In this document: one piece after another, positions 54,470 to 63,627 of the stretch | How positions within the stretch are numbered: position 1 is the first letter of the stretch | Layout: the number at the start of each line of letters is the position of its first letter | Origin: Nitrospirota bacterium | GTDB lineage: Bacteria; Nitrospirota; UBA9217 | DNA: 64,000 nucleotides | Assembly (NCBI GenBank): GCA_963845065.1 | Contig: CAWJQQ010000005.1 | Span: 96,001-160,000 of the forward strand | Direction: 5' to 3' | The notes under the pieces: generated by a model | What the model saw: the letters and a program-made list of their open reading frames with translations, nothing else | What the model was told of the DNA's origin: nothing | The model's database searches: none | Made by a program: the position numbers and the translations under genes

Positions 54470-56271
54470 CCTGAATCCTGCACGCTGATGGAGTGAAAAA
54501 GATAAAACCATACAGGTTACACTGATATAATGCGGTTATCTCGCGAACAACCCATGATATCAGGAGGTAACCCATATGGTTAAACGACAAAAGAAGCATA
54601 GCGCGAAAAACGGCATGAATCAAGGTCAAAATGAAGGCCATTCGGAACCCGCTAAAATCAGCCCTAATACGCGCTACGAGTATTGCAGTGAACGGCTTTC
54701 ACCCTTCGGCGGACTGCTGGCGTTAGAGAAGTTCATGGACGCGGTAAAGTTCCAGGAGGTTTTCGAGGGATTTTATCAGCCACCAGGCCGCACGCCGGAC
54801 CAGGGACATTATAAAGCAGTGTATGGGATTCTGGTGTTGCTTTTCATTGGATTCACGCGGCTGTGGCATTTTCAATACATACAAACGGATCCAATGGTGT
54901 GCGCCCTGTTCGGCGTGTCCAAGTTGCCGCACGTGACGACTTACTGGCGATACGTTGCGTCCTTGGGCATCAATCAAGGGAAGTCGCTGCTTTTGGTGAT
55001 GGCGGCGCTACGAGAACGGGTCTGGAAATTGTGCGAGATCAGCTACAGCGTCATCCATGTTAATCTTGATACGACAGTTGAGACCATCTTTGGCGATCAG
55101 GAAGGCGGCCGCAAGGGACACAATACCCGGTACCGGGGAAAAAAGGGATTTCGTCCTGTCCTGGGTTTCATTGAGGAGACGCGAGAGTATCTTGTCGGAA
55201 AGCTTCGCAAGGGCGCGACCATCTCTGGCAAAGAAGTCGCGGAGGTGATCAAGAGCATCAAGAAATACCTTCCTGCTTGTGTCAAAAAGGTGATTCTTCG
55301 AGGTGACGGCGAGTTCATCAGTTGGGATGCGGTTAAAGCTGCGGAAGACGAAAGGCACATGTACATCTTCGGCAATAAAGGATGCAAGCCGCCCTTTGAT
55401 TCCAAGATGTGGTACAAGGTGCACAAAATCGATAGCGTAGAATACAATGAGTGCTGGTATAAACCGACGGGATGGCCGGGAGAACGCCGTTTCGTCTCAA
55501 TGCGTATTCCGGGAAAGAAATCAGGCAAGGGAGACACGCAGCTTGAGCTTTTGGAAGACGGTGGTTTTACGTATCGGCAATTTGTCACCAATCATCCAGG
55601 CAAGTCTCATCAGGCTATCAGCGAGTATGACAAGCGGGCAGATTGCGAGAACCAGATCGGCGAAGTAAAGCGAGAGGGACTGTCGGCTATTCCCACGCGT
55701 CGGTTCATGAACAACTACGCATATTTTCAGATCGTTCTTTTGGCCTACAACAGTTGGAGATCGTTCAAGATGCTCGCAGAATTCAGCGAGAAGCAGAAAC
55801 GCACTCAAGATAACGCGGCAGTCACCGCCTTGAGCGGCATTCAGGACAACACCATCAAAATCGCTCGGTTGAAGCTGCTCATGATCGCGACAAAGCTGGT
55901 CATGAGCGGCAATACGACGAAGGCGCGGTACTCCGAACACGACAACAGGGTAGCAGGACTCTTTAGCTTCATGGAGCATCTTGATCAGCTACGCAATCAG
56001 GTGCGCCCGTGGCTTGATGGCGGTCAGTGGCAATGCCGGCACATGGAGGTTATGAGGCTGCAACCCGCTGAAAATTCTTCATGATGCAATTGTGCAAGAA
56101 ATTTCTTGCACAATATAGGCTGAGAAGCTTGGAATTGTGCTTTTCTGCCTTATGCGATGAGGAATGCGGCAGTTAAGATGAAATGAAAGCTGTCGAAGGG
56201 TAAGCGGAAGATGCGGGAATCAAAACAAACCCGACGAGTCGGGGGAACTACGTTTTGATGCAAGATTCAGG
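54470..56271 (+). mobile_element. IS1380-family element with IRs and a 5-bp target duplication
   Basis: IRL CCTGAATCCTGCA (54470); IRR TGCAAGATTCAGG (56259-56271); TAATA on both flanks (54465-54469 and 56272-56276). Confidence 0.9.
54576..56084 (+). CDS. IS1380-family DDE transposase
   Basis: NLDTTV...G.QEG, LRKG, LRGDGEF, Y..RA.CEN.I.E.K, F..N.AY....LAYN. Confidence 0.88.
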   Translation: MVKRQKKHSAKNGMNQGQNEGHSEPAKISPNTRYEYCSERLSPFGGLLALEKFMDAVKFQEVFEGFYQPPGRTPDQGHYKAVYGILVLLFIGFTRLWHFQYIQTDPMVCALFGVSKLPHVTTYWRYVASLGINQGKSLLLVMAALRERVWKLCEISYSVIHVNLDTTVETIFGDQEGGRKGHNTRYRGKKGFRPVLGFIEETREYLVGKLRKGATISGKEVAEVIKSIKKYLPACVKKVILRGDGEFISWDAVKAAEDERHMYIFGNKGCKPPFDSKMWYKVHKIDSVEYNECWYKPTGWPGERRFVSMRIPGKKSGKGDTQLELLEDGGFTYRQFVTNHPGKSHQAISEYDKRADCENQIGEVKREGLSAIPTRRFMNNYAYFQIVLLAYNSWRSFKMLAEFSEKQKRTQDNAAVTALSGIQDNTIKIARLKLLMIATKLVMSGNTTKARYSEHDNRVAGLFSFMEHLDQLRNQVRPWLDGGQWQCRHMEVMRLQPAENSS

Positions 56272-56299
56272 TAATAACAACAATGTGTTGATTATCATC

Positions 56300-56515
56300 T
56301 AACAATATGTGCATAAATCCTATGATACTGTTATGCACATTGATATCCGCACAAATTAACAGACAAGAGCATAACTTTTTCTCTCCCTTTTTCGATTCTG
56401 TTTCAAACTGTTTCCCATTGTTCCAACATATTCACAGCGCCTACTACTACTATTACTATTTTATAATATATATATTAATAATAGATTATTAGATTACATG
56501 ATTGTAGATAACCGT
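56300..56515 (+). other. oriC: Probable oriC unwinding region (DnaA boxes, GC spacer, DnaA-trios, AT-rich tract)
   Basis: TGTGCATAA (56308), TTATGCACA (56331), tandem TTCCAACA/TATTCACA (56421-56436), GCGCC, TACTACTACTATTACTA, near-pure AT run to about 56495, TGTAGATAA (56503). Confidence 0.75.
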
Positions 56516-56664
56516 AATTTCAAGACCCCGAATGTTCATATCATGAATCAAAAATAAAAAGTAATTAGATATGTGCGGTTAAAACTGCTGTCTTTGAAAT
56601 CAAACCGATAGAACCTATTCGGGTTCATATTTTTTATACCCACAAGCATCGAAGGAGGAACTTT

Positions 56665-57033
56665 ATGGAAAACAAAGAGTTCGTATTCATTCTCACTCAC
56701 TCATATGATGCCATAGAACGAGCTGCAGGCGCACTTCAGCTTGCCACGAACATGGCGGCCTTTGAAGCAAAGGTCGATTTCTTCTTGATGAATGAGGGTG
56801 TTCACCTTGCACGCCAAGGATTTGCAGAATCCATGACATGGCAAAAGAGCTTTTCACCCGTTGCAGAGCTTATGAAAAGCTTGATTGAAGAATTTGACTG
56901 CAACTTTTATATCTGCGCATCCTGCGTCAAGCCCTATGGGCTAGAAGGTGCAGACTTGATCAAGAATGCCGAAGTAAAACCTGGTTCGTTTTTAGGAGAA
57001 ATGCTGATGAAACGGTCGGGTTTAACATTCTAG
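56665..57033 (+). CDS. DsrE-family protein
   Basis: FILTHS...ERA, FFLMNEGV.LA, YICASC; RBS GGAGG. Confidence 0.75.
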   Translation: MENKEFVFILTHSYDAIERAAGALQLATNMAAFEAKVDFFLMNEGVHLARQGFAESMTWQKSFSPVAELMKSLIEEFDCNFYICASCVKPYGLEGADLIKNAEVKPGSFLGEMLMKRSGLTF

Positions 57034-57162
57034 ATATGCACGACACCCTCTATTCACGAGATCCGCTGTTTTCTTCCCTAGAGTGCATAGCTTTCATAAG
57101 CGTCTTGCTCTCCCGAATCAAACGCATTGCATATGCTCTGCGTTCATGCTATAAACAGGATC

Positions 57163-57738
57163 ATGAAAAACATCGCAAATTTTCTTTTTGAAGCGGGAAT
57201 GCTCAAGCGCACTCCGCGGAGCGGGTTCCAGTTTTTGGGTTCCGGCGTTGAATCAGTTGCCGAACATATTTTTCGTACAACCTATATCGGCTATACGCTA
57301 GGAAAGTTGGTCTTGGACGTGAATGTTGATCGGCTGGTCAAGATGTGTCTGTTCCATGATCTTCCCGAGGCGCGGACCGGCGATCTTAACTATGTAAATA
57401 AAAAATATGTAGAAGCTAATGAAAAAAAATCGATCGCAGACTTAGCAGAAACGTTGCCTTTTGGGAATGAGATCAAAGATCTAATTCTCGAGTTTATGGA
57501 GGGAAAGACAGAAGAGGCAAAGCTTGCTCGAGACGCAGACCAGATCGAGATGATCCTGGCGCTAAAGGAATATAAAGATTTGGGAAACAAGTACGCCGAC
57601 GAGTGGCTGCAGTTTTCTCTCAAAAGGCTCCAGACAGATGCAGGCAGGGAACTTTCCAAGACGATTCTTGAGACAGACTCATCGATGTGGTGGTTTAGCG
57701 ACAAGGGCGACTGGTGGGTCAGCGGCGGCAAGCAATGA
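57163..57738 (+). CDS. HD-domain hydrolase (YfbR/HDDC2-like)
   Basis: LKRTPRSG, ESVAEH, LFHDLPEARTGD, DADQIE. Confidence 0.88.
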   Translation: MKNIANFLFEAGMLKRTPRSGFQFLGSGVESVAEHIFRTTYIGYTLGKLVLDVNVDRLVKMCLFHDLPEARTGDLNYVNKKYVEANEKKSIADLAETLPFGNEIKDLILEFMEGKTEEAKLARDADQIEMILALKEYKDLGNKYADEWLQFSLKRLQTDAGRELSKTILETDSSMWWFSDKGDWWVSGGKQ

Positions 57739-58356
57739 AAGCTTGAGGTAGGCATCAGCCGGCGCCATCGCGTCATGAACATTTATGCGGTAGAGTTTGC
57801 AACCAAGCCTCTCGTAATAATTGATGAGAGGTGCAATCCGTTCATGGAAAATGACGAGCTTCTTTTCGATCATCTCACGGTGGTCATCAGCACGTCCCAT
57901 CCTGTCTCTGCCGATATTCTCCCTTATGCGGCAAAAGACATCCACGGCAGAACATTCCAAGATCACCAGGAAATGGACACGCGCAATCTTCGCGATGTCC
58001 CGTGCCTGCCCCTCGTGGCGGGGGATTCCGTTTAAGACGAGGACGTTGTATTTTGAGAAACCTTTGCGAATCAGAAATAGGGAGAAGATTTTTTGGGCAA
58101 GAGCGAAATGCTCGTTCTCAAGCAGGAGTCCGCGTTCAAGCACGCCATGGATGGTAGTAATCTCAATAGCCGTATACTTTCCGGAACGTCCATTGTCGGC
58201 AACGGCGCCGCGAAGCTCTGAGCCAAAATCGAGATGATAACATGGTCGTCCGAACAGACCGTACTGTGCGATCATGTCGCCGAGGGGGCTTTTCCCCACG
58301 CCCTTGGACCAAGAAGCAGGATTGGAGTCGACAGGATAGGTGTAGGAATTACTCAT
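57679..58356 (-). CDS. Adenylate-kinase-like P-loop nucleoside monophosphate kinase with a scrambled N-terminal strand
   Basis: GVGKS, HLDFG..LR, VLNGIPR...QA, GRADD...I.K.L..F. Its 3' end overlaps the HD gene by 60 nt. Confidence 0.7.
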   Translation of the reverse strand: MSNSYTYPVDSNPASWSKGVGKSPLGDMIAQYGLFGRPCYHLDFGSELRGAVADNGRSGKYTAIEITTIHGVLERGLLLENEHFALAQKIFSLFLIRKGFSKYNVLVLNGIPRHEGQARDIAKIARVHFLVILECSAVDVFCRIRENIGRDRMGRADDHREMIEKKLVIFHERIAPLINYYERLGCKLYRINVHDAMAPADAYLKLSLLAAADPPVALVAKPPHR

Positions 58357-58431
58357 AACATGGGTACAGAGGCAGGTGTTTAGTGTCCTGTTAAAAAATT
58401 AAAACGACCACGCTGCCCCTTTTTTCCCCTC

Positions 58432-58884
58432 TTAATCTTCACGCATCTTCTTCCGCAAATTCTCTAAACTTTTCCTGGATGCTATCGTGAGTTGGTCCTC
58501 TGGTATCTCCCTAAGATTATACCAGCCGATCTCATCGCACTTATTCGGTTCTCTGATGCAGGGTGTGCCGCACTTTATCCTGCAAAGATATGTCGGGGAG
58601 ACCCAGTGCTGTTTTTCTCTGGGGATGATATGGTTTACGACATCGAGGAGGGCCTGCACTTCGATGGCAATTCCATATTCCTCCATCACTTCGCGGACAA
58701 GGGCCTGTTCGAGCGTTTCACCGAACTCGACTCCACCGCCAGGAAACTCCCATCTTCCCGATTCGTTCCGTGCTTCCCGTCCTCGTTTGGCGAGAAAGAC
58801 TTTGCCATCGGAGTTAAAAATCACGGCACCTACACCCACGCCTATATAGTCGGTCCCTTTTTTCATGAAAATTTTTGTTTTCAT
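58432..58884 (-). CDS. Nudix hydrolase
   Basis: Nudix box GGGVEFGETLEQALVREVMEEYG. Confidence 0.9.
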   Translation of the reverse strand: MKTKIFMKKGTDYIGVGVGAVIFNSDGKVFLAKRGREARNESGRWEFPGGGVEFGETLEQALVREVMEEYGIAIEVQALLDVVNHIIPREKQHWVSPTYLCRIKCGTPCIREPNKCDEIGWYNLREIPEDQLTIASRKSLENLRKKMRED

Positions 58885-59006
58885 CTGTTCTTGTACAAGG
58901 TCAGGATGATGGAAGTGTGGAGCGGATTTCCTCGATCATAACGTTCTGCAGCAATCTACCAAAAACGTCGGATAAAGTCAAAACCCTGTTTCCACATGGT
59001 TTTTGC

Positions 59007-59034
59007 TTGACATATTTCTGTTTTCGCTTATAAT
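59007..59034 (+). promoter_or_regulatory. sigma70 promoter of the rpmH operon
   Basis: TTGACA-16 bp-TATAAT. Confidence 0.75.
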
Positions 59035-59072
59035 ACCCCCCTATTCAAATTAGCGGAGAAGGAGCAGGTACG

Positions 59073-59210
59073 ATGTCGGAAACAACAGCTCAAAAAAGCA
59101 ATCTGAAACAAAAGAGGGCGCAGGGTTTCAGGAAACGGATGAGTACTGCAAAGGGCCGGGAAGTCATTAACCGCCGTAGAGCCAAGGGAAGAAAGCGCCT
59201 CGCTGTTTAG
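59073..59210 (+). CDS. rpmH: 50S ribosomal protein L34 (not in the ORF track)
   Basis: [54 protein letters not shown]; upstream of rnpA. Confidence 0.93.
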   Translation: MSETTAQKSNLKQKRAQGFRKRMSTAKGREVINRRRAKGRKRLAV

Positions 59211-59232
59211 CATCCCTTGCGGGATCTAAATC

Positions 59233-59601
59233 ATGCCCTACGCATACCAGAAAAGCGAGCGGTTGCGAAAAAATACTGAGTTTGTTGCTGCCATGAAAGG
59301 AAAAAGACTGTCCCTGGACGGTCTTTCTCTTTTTTATACCAGGAACGACGGGGAAAACTTCAGGGTCGGGATCTCTGTCAGCAAGAAGCAGGCGAACGCG
59401 GTAAAAAGAAACAAGGTGAAACGGCGAATTCGAAACTGCGTTATGAAGGCGCTCAAGGGTCATTCGCAGGCGTATGACCTAGTCTTTGTGGCGCGACAGG
59501 AGCTTTATAATGCGCCCTTTGAGCAGATCATGAAGGCAGTGGAGACTATTCTTCGAAAAACTGTTCTTCTCAATATGAATCCGAAAGGTGCCGGACCGTG
59601 A
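59233..59601 (+). CDS. rnpA: Ribonuclease P protein component
   Basis: RL....EF, RVGISVSKK..NAVKRNKVKRRIR. Confidence 0.93.
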   Translation: MPYAYQKSERLRKNTEFVAAMKGKRLSLDGLSLFYTRNDGENFRVGISVSKKQANAVKRNKVKRRIRNCVMKALKGHSQAYDLVFVARQELYNAPFEQIMKAVETILRKTVLLNMNPKGAGP

Positions 59602-59807
59602 ATCTTTTTTTTATTTCCATCATCCGCCTCTATCAGCGCTATGTATCCCCCTTTTTACCGTCAGCATGCCGGTTCACTCCTTCGTGTTCAGAATTTGCCG
59701 TTGAGGCGTTCGAGCAGAAACATGCGCTGCGGGCGCTCTGGATGACGGTCATGCGGATTGCCAAGTGCCACCCCTTGCATGCCGGGGGATATGATCCCGT
59801 AAAATAG
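59598..59807 (+). CDS. yidD: Membrane protein insertion efficiency factor
   Basis: YQ..VSP....CRFTPSCS, RIAKCHP...GGYDPV. Confidence 0.93.
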   Translation: MNLFFISIIRLYQRYVSPFLPSACRFTPSCSEFAVEAFEQKHALRALWMTVMRIAKCHPLHAGGYDPVK

Positions 59808-59820
59808 TTTCGGAGGATTC

Positions 59821-61518
59821 ATGGAAACGCGAAGATTCATTTTTGCACTTTCACTTTCATTGCTTGTGTTCTTGGTTTACGTGCGTTTTTTTGCACCTAA
59901 GCCGCCGGAGAAACCGGCAGTCCCAGAAACAACAAAAGAGGCAATGTCACACTTGAAACCAAGTGAACCTGCGCGTCCGTCTGTGCATCCCGAAGCAGCA
60001 GCGACGAAGATTGAGCAAGCAGCTGCGGGCAAAGAAATCGTAATTGAAACCGACCTCGTGAAAGCGAGCGTGGATACCGCAGGCGGTGTTATTTCGGGAT
60101 GGGAATTAAAGCACTATCGGGAGGCTGACAAGACCGAGGTTGGCCTCATTGCCTTATATAAACGAATCATGGGACAGACACCGCCAGAGCAACAGAAGAA
60201 AGAGCTCGGCAACGTTCAATTACTGCCATCGTACGAGGGCATCAATCGCGATGAAATGATTGCACCGCTGACGGTTGCATCGGGTGATAAGGCCCTGTAT
60301 CAGCTCGCTCAGGTTGAATATCGAGCTGATCATGATAAGATCCTGCTTAGCAAAGACAAACCATCTGAGACATTGGTACTTACCTACAAGGGACCGGCGG
60401 GAATAGAGATTGAAAAACGCCTGACCTTCCATAACGATTCCTATAAGGTAGACGTTGTCATACAAACCAAAGGGCTTGGCGAGTACACGCTCTCTCTCGG
60501 AACTGACTTCGGAATTGCCGATAAGGTGAGCAAGGACGCAAAAGGCCGCGTAGGGCTTGTTGCTGTTGTCGATGGGAAATTAGTTTCTAATAAACTGGAC
60601 GGCATCAAGGGAGAGGTGCAGCACAGTGGGGCCATTGACTGGTTCGGTCAGGATGACAAGTATTTTACCGCCACGATACTTTCCGACGTTAATGGCATCG
60701 TTACGAGCAAACGGGTATCAGCACCGAAGGAAATTGGCGACCTGCTCACAACGGATCTGGCGGTCAAGGAAAAACCCGAAGCGCATACCTTCTCGTTGTA
60801 TGCCGGCCCAAAGATCTTTACACTTCTTGAAGCCCAAGGCCACGGAATGGAGCAGTTGGTTGATTACGGCTGGTTCAGCATTCTGGCAAAGCCAATGTTC
60901 TGGCTCCTAAGACATTTTTATACCATCACGAAAAACTACGGCATTTCGATCATCTTGCTTACCATCGTCGTAAGAGCCTTGCTGTTCTATCCATCACTCA
61001 AGAGCGCAACTGCCATGGAGGAGATGAAGAAGATTCAGCCTCAGCTCCTTGCGATCCGCGAAAAGTACAAGAAGGACTCGGCGCGGATAAATCAGGAAAT
61101 GATGAAATTGTACAAGGAGCATAAAGTAAACCCGCTCGGCGGATGTCTGCCAATGCTGCTGCAACTGCCGTTCTTCATCGCTCTTTATAACGTGCTGTCC
61201 GTATCGATCGAGTTGCGTCAATCACCGTTCATTTCCTTCTGGATTAAGGATTTATCGGTTTATGATCCCTACTATATTTTGCCTGTGCTGATGGGCGTGA
61301 GCATGATCTTTACGATGAAAATGACCTCCACCACAGTGGATCCACAGCAGCAGAAAATCATGATGTTCATGAACATCGCGTTCATTTTCCTCTTTGCTTG
61401 GCTTCCCGCCGGGCTCCTGCTGTACATTACGCTCTCCAATATTCTTTCGATCGTGCAGCAATTGTACGTTAGAAAACTGCTCGCTACCAGGACGCATACC
61501 ACCGCTCTTTCATCCTAG
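59821..61518 (+). CDS. yidC: Membrane protein insertase YidC
   Basis: DYGWF, NYGISIILLT, NPLGGCLP.LLQ.P, WI.DLS..DP, PAGLLLY. Confidence 0.96.
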   Translation: METRRFIFALSLSLLVFLVYVRFFAPKPPEKPAVPETTKEAMSHLKPSEPARPSVHPEAAATKIEQAAAGKEIVIETDLVKASVDTAGGVISGWELKHYREADKTEVGLIALYKRIMGQTPPEQQKKELGNVQLLPSYEGINRDEMIAPLTVASGDKALYQLAQVEYRADHDKILLSKDKPSETLVLTYKGPAGIEIEKRLTFHNDSYKVDVVIQTKGLGEYTLSLGTDFGIADKVSKDAKGRVGLVAVVDGKLVSNKLDGIKGEVQHSGAIDWFGQDDKYFTATILSDVNGIVTSKRVSAPKEIGDLLTTDLAVKEKPEAHTFSLYAGPKIFTLLEAQGHGMEQLVDYGWFSILAKPMFWLLRHFYTITKNYGISIILLTIVVRALLFYPSLKSATAMEEMKKIQPQLLAIREKYKKDSARINQEMMKLYKEHKVNPLGGCLPMLLQLPFFIALYNVLSVSIELRQSPFISFWIKDLSVYDPYYILPVLMGVSMIFTMKMTSTTVDPQQQKIMMFMNIAFIFLFAWLPAGLLLYITLSNILSIVQQLYVRKLLATRTHTTALSS

Positions 61519-61592
61519 CTAGCAAAAACTCTCAGCGTCAGCAGATGCGGGGAGCGTACAAGTTTTTTTGCACTATACTTTTTTCTATGCAC

Positions 61593-62092
61593 ATGAAGAT
61601 CGAGAATGTCGCAATTATTGTGAGTATCCTTGTCCTATCTATGCAGCCGACAGGTCCAGAAGCTCAGGGTTTATTTGTTGAAGTCGGCGAAGGTTTTTGT
61701 TCTCTCACAATGCGGGAGTAATGATGGTCTGTTAACAGATTGATGCGTCAGTCTTATTCAACGAGGAGATTTATTATGATGCGTATAATATGCATTATGG
61801 GTCGGATATGATCAAAGTGTGGCTGTCGGCCTGGCATTGAGGTACACGGTGGGAGCGAACTGCAGATAATTTATTGAGTCTGAGCATGGGACCGGGCGGC
61901 GTCTACCGACCGTCGATGAATTTGGGGCGACCCCATGAATTCTCTGGACGTCTGGCATTTGAAAAAGTGGTTGGGTAGAGCGCTTTTTTCAATTGGCAGG
62001 ATTCATTATTCAGATGCAAAATATTTAATCCACTGGTCTGCCCTAACTATGGCGAAAACTTTCTGAACTTGTCCTTGGGCGCGAACTTTTAG
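61593..62092 (+). pseudogene. Probable PagL-like (lipid A deacylase / acyloxyacyl hydrolase) beta-barrel remnant
   Basis: Signal-like MKIENVAIIVSILVLS..., then IHYSDA and, after a frameshift, PNYGENFLNLSLGANF* with C-terminal Phe; span about 500 bp with stops. Confidence 0.4.
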
Positions 62093-62672
62093 CCGAAGGT
62101 CAGTACCGTTCAAAAACATGACTAATCGCAAAGAGGCGTCTTGTTTGATGCTGGTATGAACCGGAGTTCACGAAATGTTTCTCTTGTATGATATCCCCTA
62201 TAAAAAAAATGACGCCGTCAAATGATCTTTAAGTGGTTGTCTCAGTCCCAGGAATACTTCGACGGCAATCGGAACGAACTGTGAACTAGCCAAATAGCGA
62301 ATTTACTTCCGAACCTGTTATTCAAACTAGGCAGTGCGAAAGAACCGATAGAAGATGCGCACTGCCAAAGTAATTTGCTTGCCCGGGTAACCGGAACTTT
62401 CGCATTGCCCATGATTGCAGTAGGGAATATCTATGACGGGTACTAGATAGGGGGATCAGATGTGAAACTCATAGTTGTCGGGAAAGCTTGTCTTGCCGAT
62501 ATCGTGAGGCCAGTGTCCGAGCCGGATAAATGGCTGCTTCGTTTCTTTCATTCCCGAGGAGTAGGAATGACATGTGCATAGCCGACCGCACCGCTAAATG
62601 CGTATTCAATGCTGGAGCCTTCAGAGCACGTTCAGATATTACATGCTAAAGAATGAGAGAGAGGAAGATGCT

Positions 62673-63104
62673 CTATACGATCCCGACGAGTTCGATGTCG
62701 AAGGTAAGGTCTTTTCCTGATAGCGGATGATTGGCATCAAGGGTCAACATTGAATCCGTGATGGCCAAGACCGTGACGAGGATGTTCTGGTCGTCCATCT
62801 GGGTAAGTTCAAGTCGCTGACCGACCTTCGGGTCCAAATCAACAGGAAGCTTGCTCCGCTCCATGGTAATAATCATTTCCTTGCGGTGCGGTCCGTATGC
62901 TTTGTCCATGGGTATAGTGACGGTCTTGGATTCCCCGGTGTTCATACCGTCGATGGCCTGCTCGAATCCCACGATAACCTGCCCCTTGCCGATGGTGAAT
63001 TGGAGGGGATGATGCCGGTTCCGGGACGTGTCGAAGACTATCCCATCACCCAACTTGCCGGTATAGTGAACATTGACAGTATCTCCCTGTTTGGCTTGAG
63101 TCAT
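62673..63104 (-). CDS. FKBP-type peptidyl-prolyl isomerase (SlyD/FkpB-like)
   Basis: VHYTG.L.DG.VFDTS, GFEQA, AYG, LDANHPLSGKDLTF. Confidence 0.92.
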   Translation of the reverse strand: MTQAKQGDTVNVHYTGKLGDGIVFDTSRNRHHPLQFTIGKGQVIVGFEQAIDGMNTGESKTVTIPMDKAYGPHRKEMIITMERSKLPVDLDPKVGQRLELTQMDDQNILVTVLAITDSMLTLDANHPLSGKDLTFDIELVGIV

Positions 63105-63627
63105 AAAGTTCTCCTTTGTGCGTGGCTTCCCGTGTTGTACGAGAATGAAAAAGCATCTAATAGTGTACCCTTTCTCCTATTTAACTTCAATGGAAAAAAG
63201 TTGAGTACCGTTGGGTCCCAAAGAATGAATGTTCTTTACGACATGTCTTGACAACGTCGAAACCATGAGATATTGTATTCACAGGAATATGGAAGAGGAG
63301 ATGAGTGTGTTGCGGTGCCAATTTCCTCCTCCTATTCTTATAAATTATAAAATAGGCCACGTCAAGAATCCCGAATCAGCAAAGGATTCGGATACGTTCA
63401 GCTTAATTCTCAGGTGTCAGCGGAACATGTCGTACAGGATCTTCTTAACCACAAAAGCAAGAGAGCAGTCCACTCGATGTCAAAACCCATGCCTTATTGC
63501 CCGATATGGCAGAATTTTGTATACATCGCTGATCAGTTGAAGGACTTGGTCTCCAGTGAGAATGTGGCAGCCACCGTGAATGCGAGGCGAGAGGTAAGTA
63601 CAGGACGAAAAGAATGAAGGATTAACT

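Noticed and set aside
63229..63617. Two overlapping short ORFs as a frameshifted gene
   Set aside because: An RBS precedes 63301, but neither translation has a recognisable motif.
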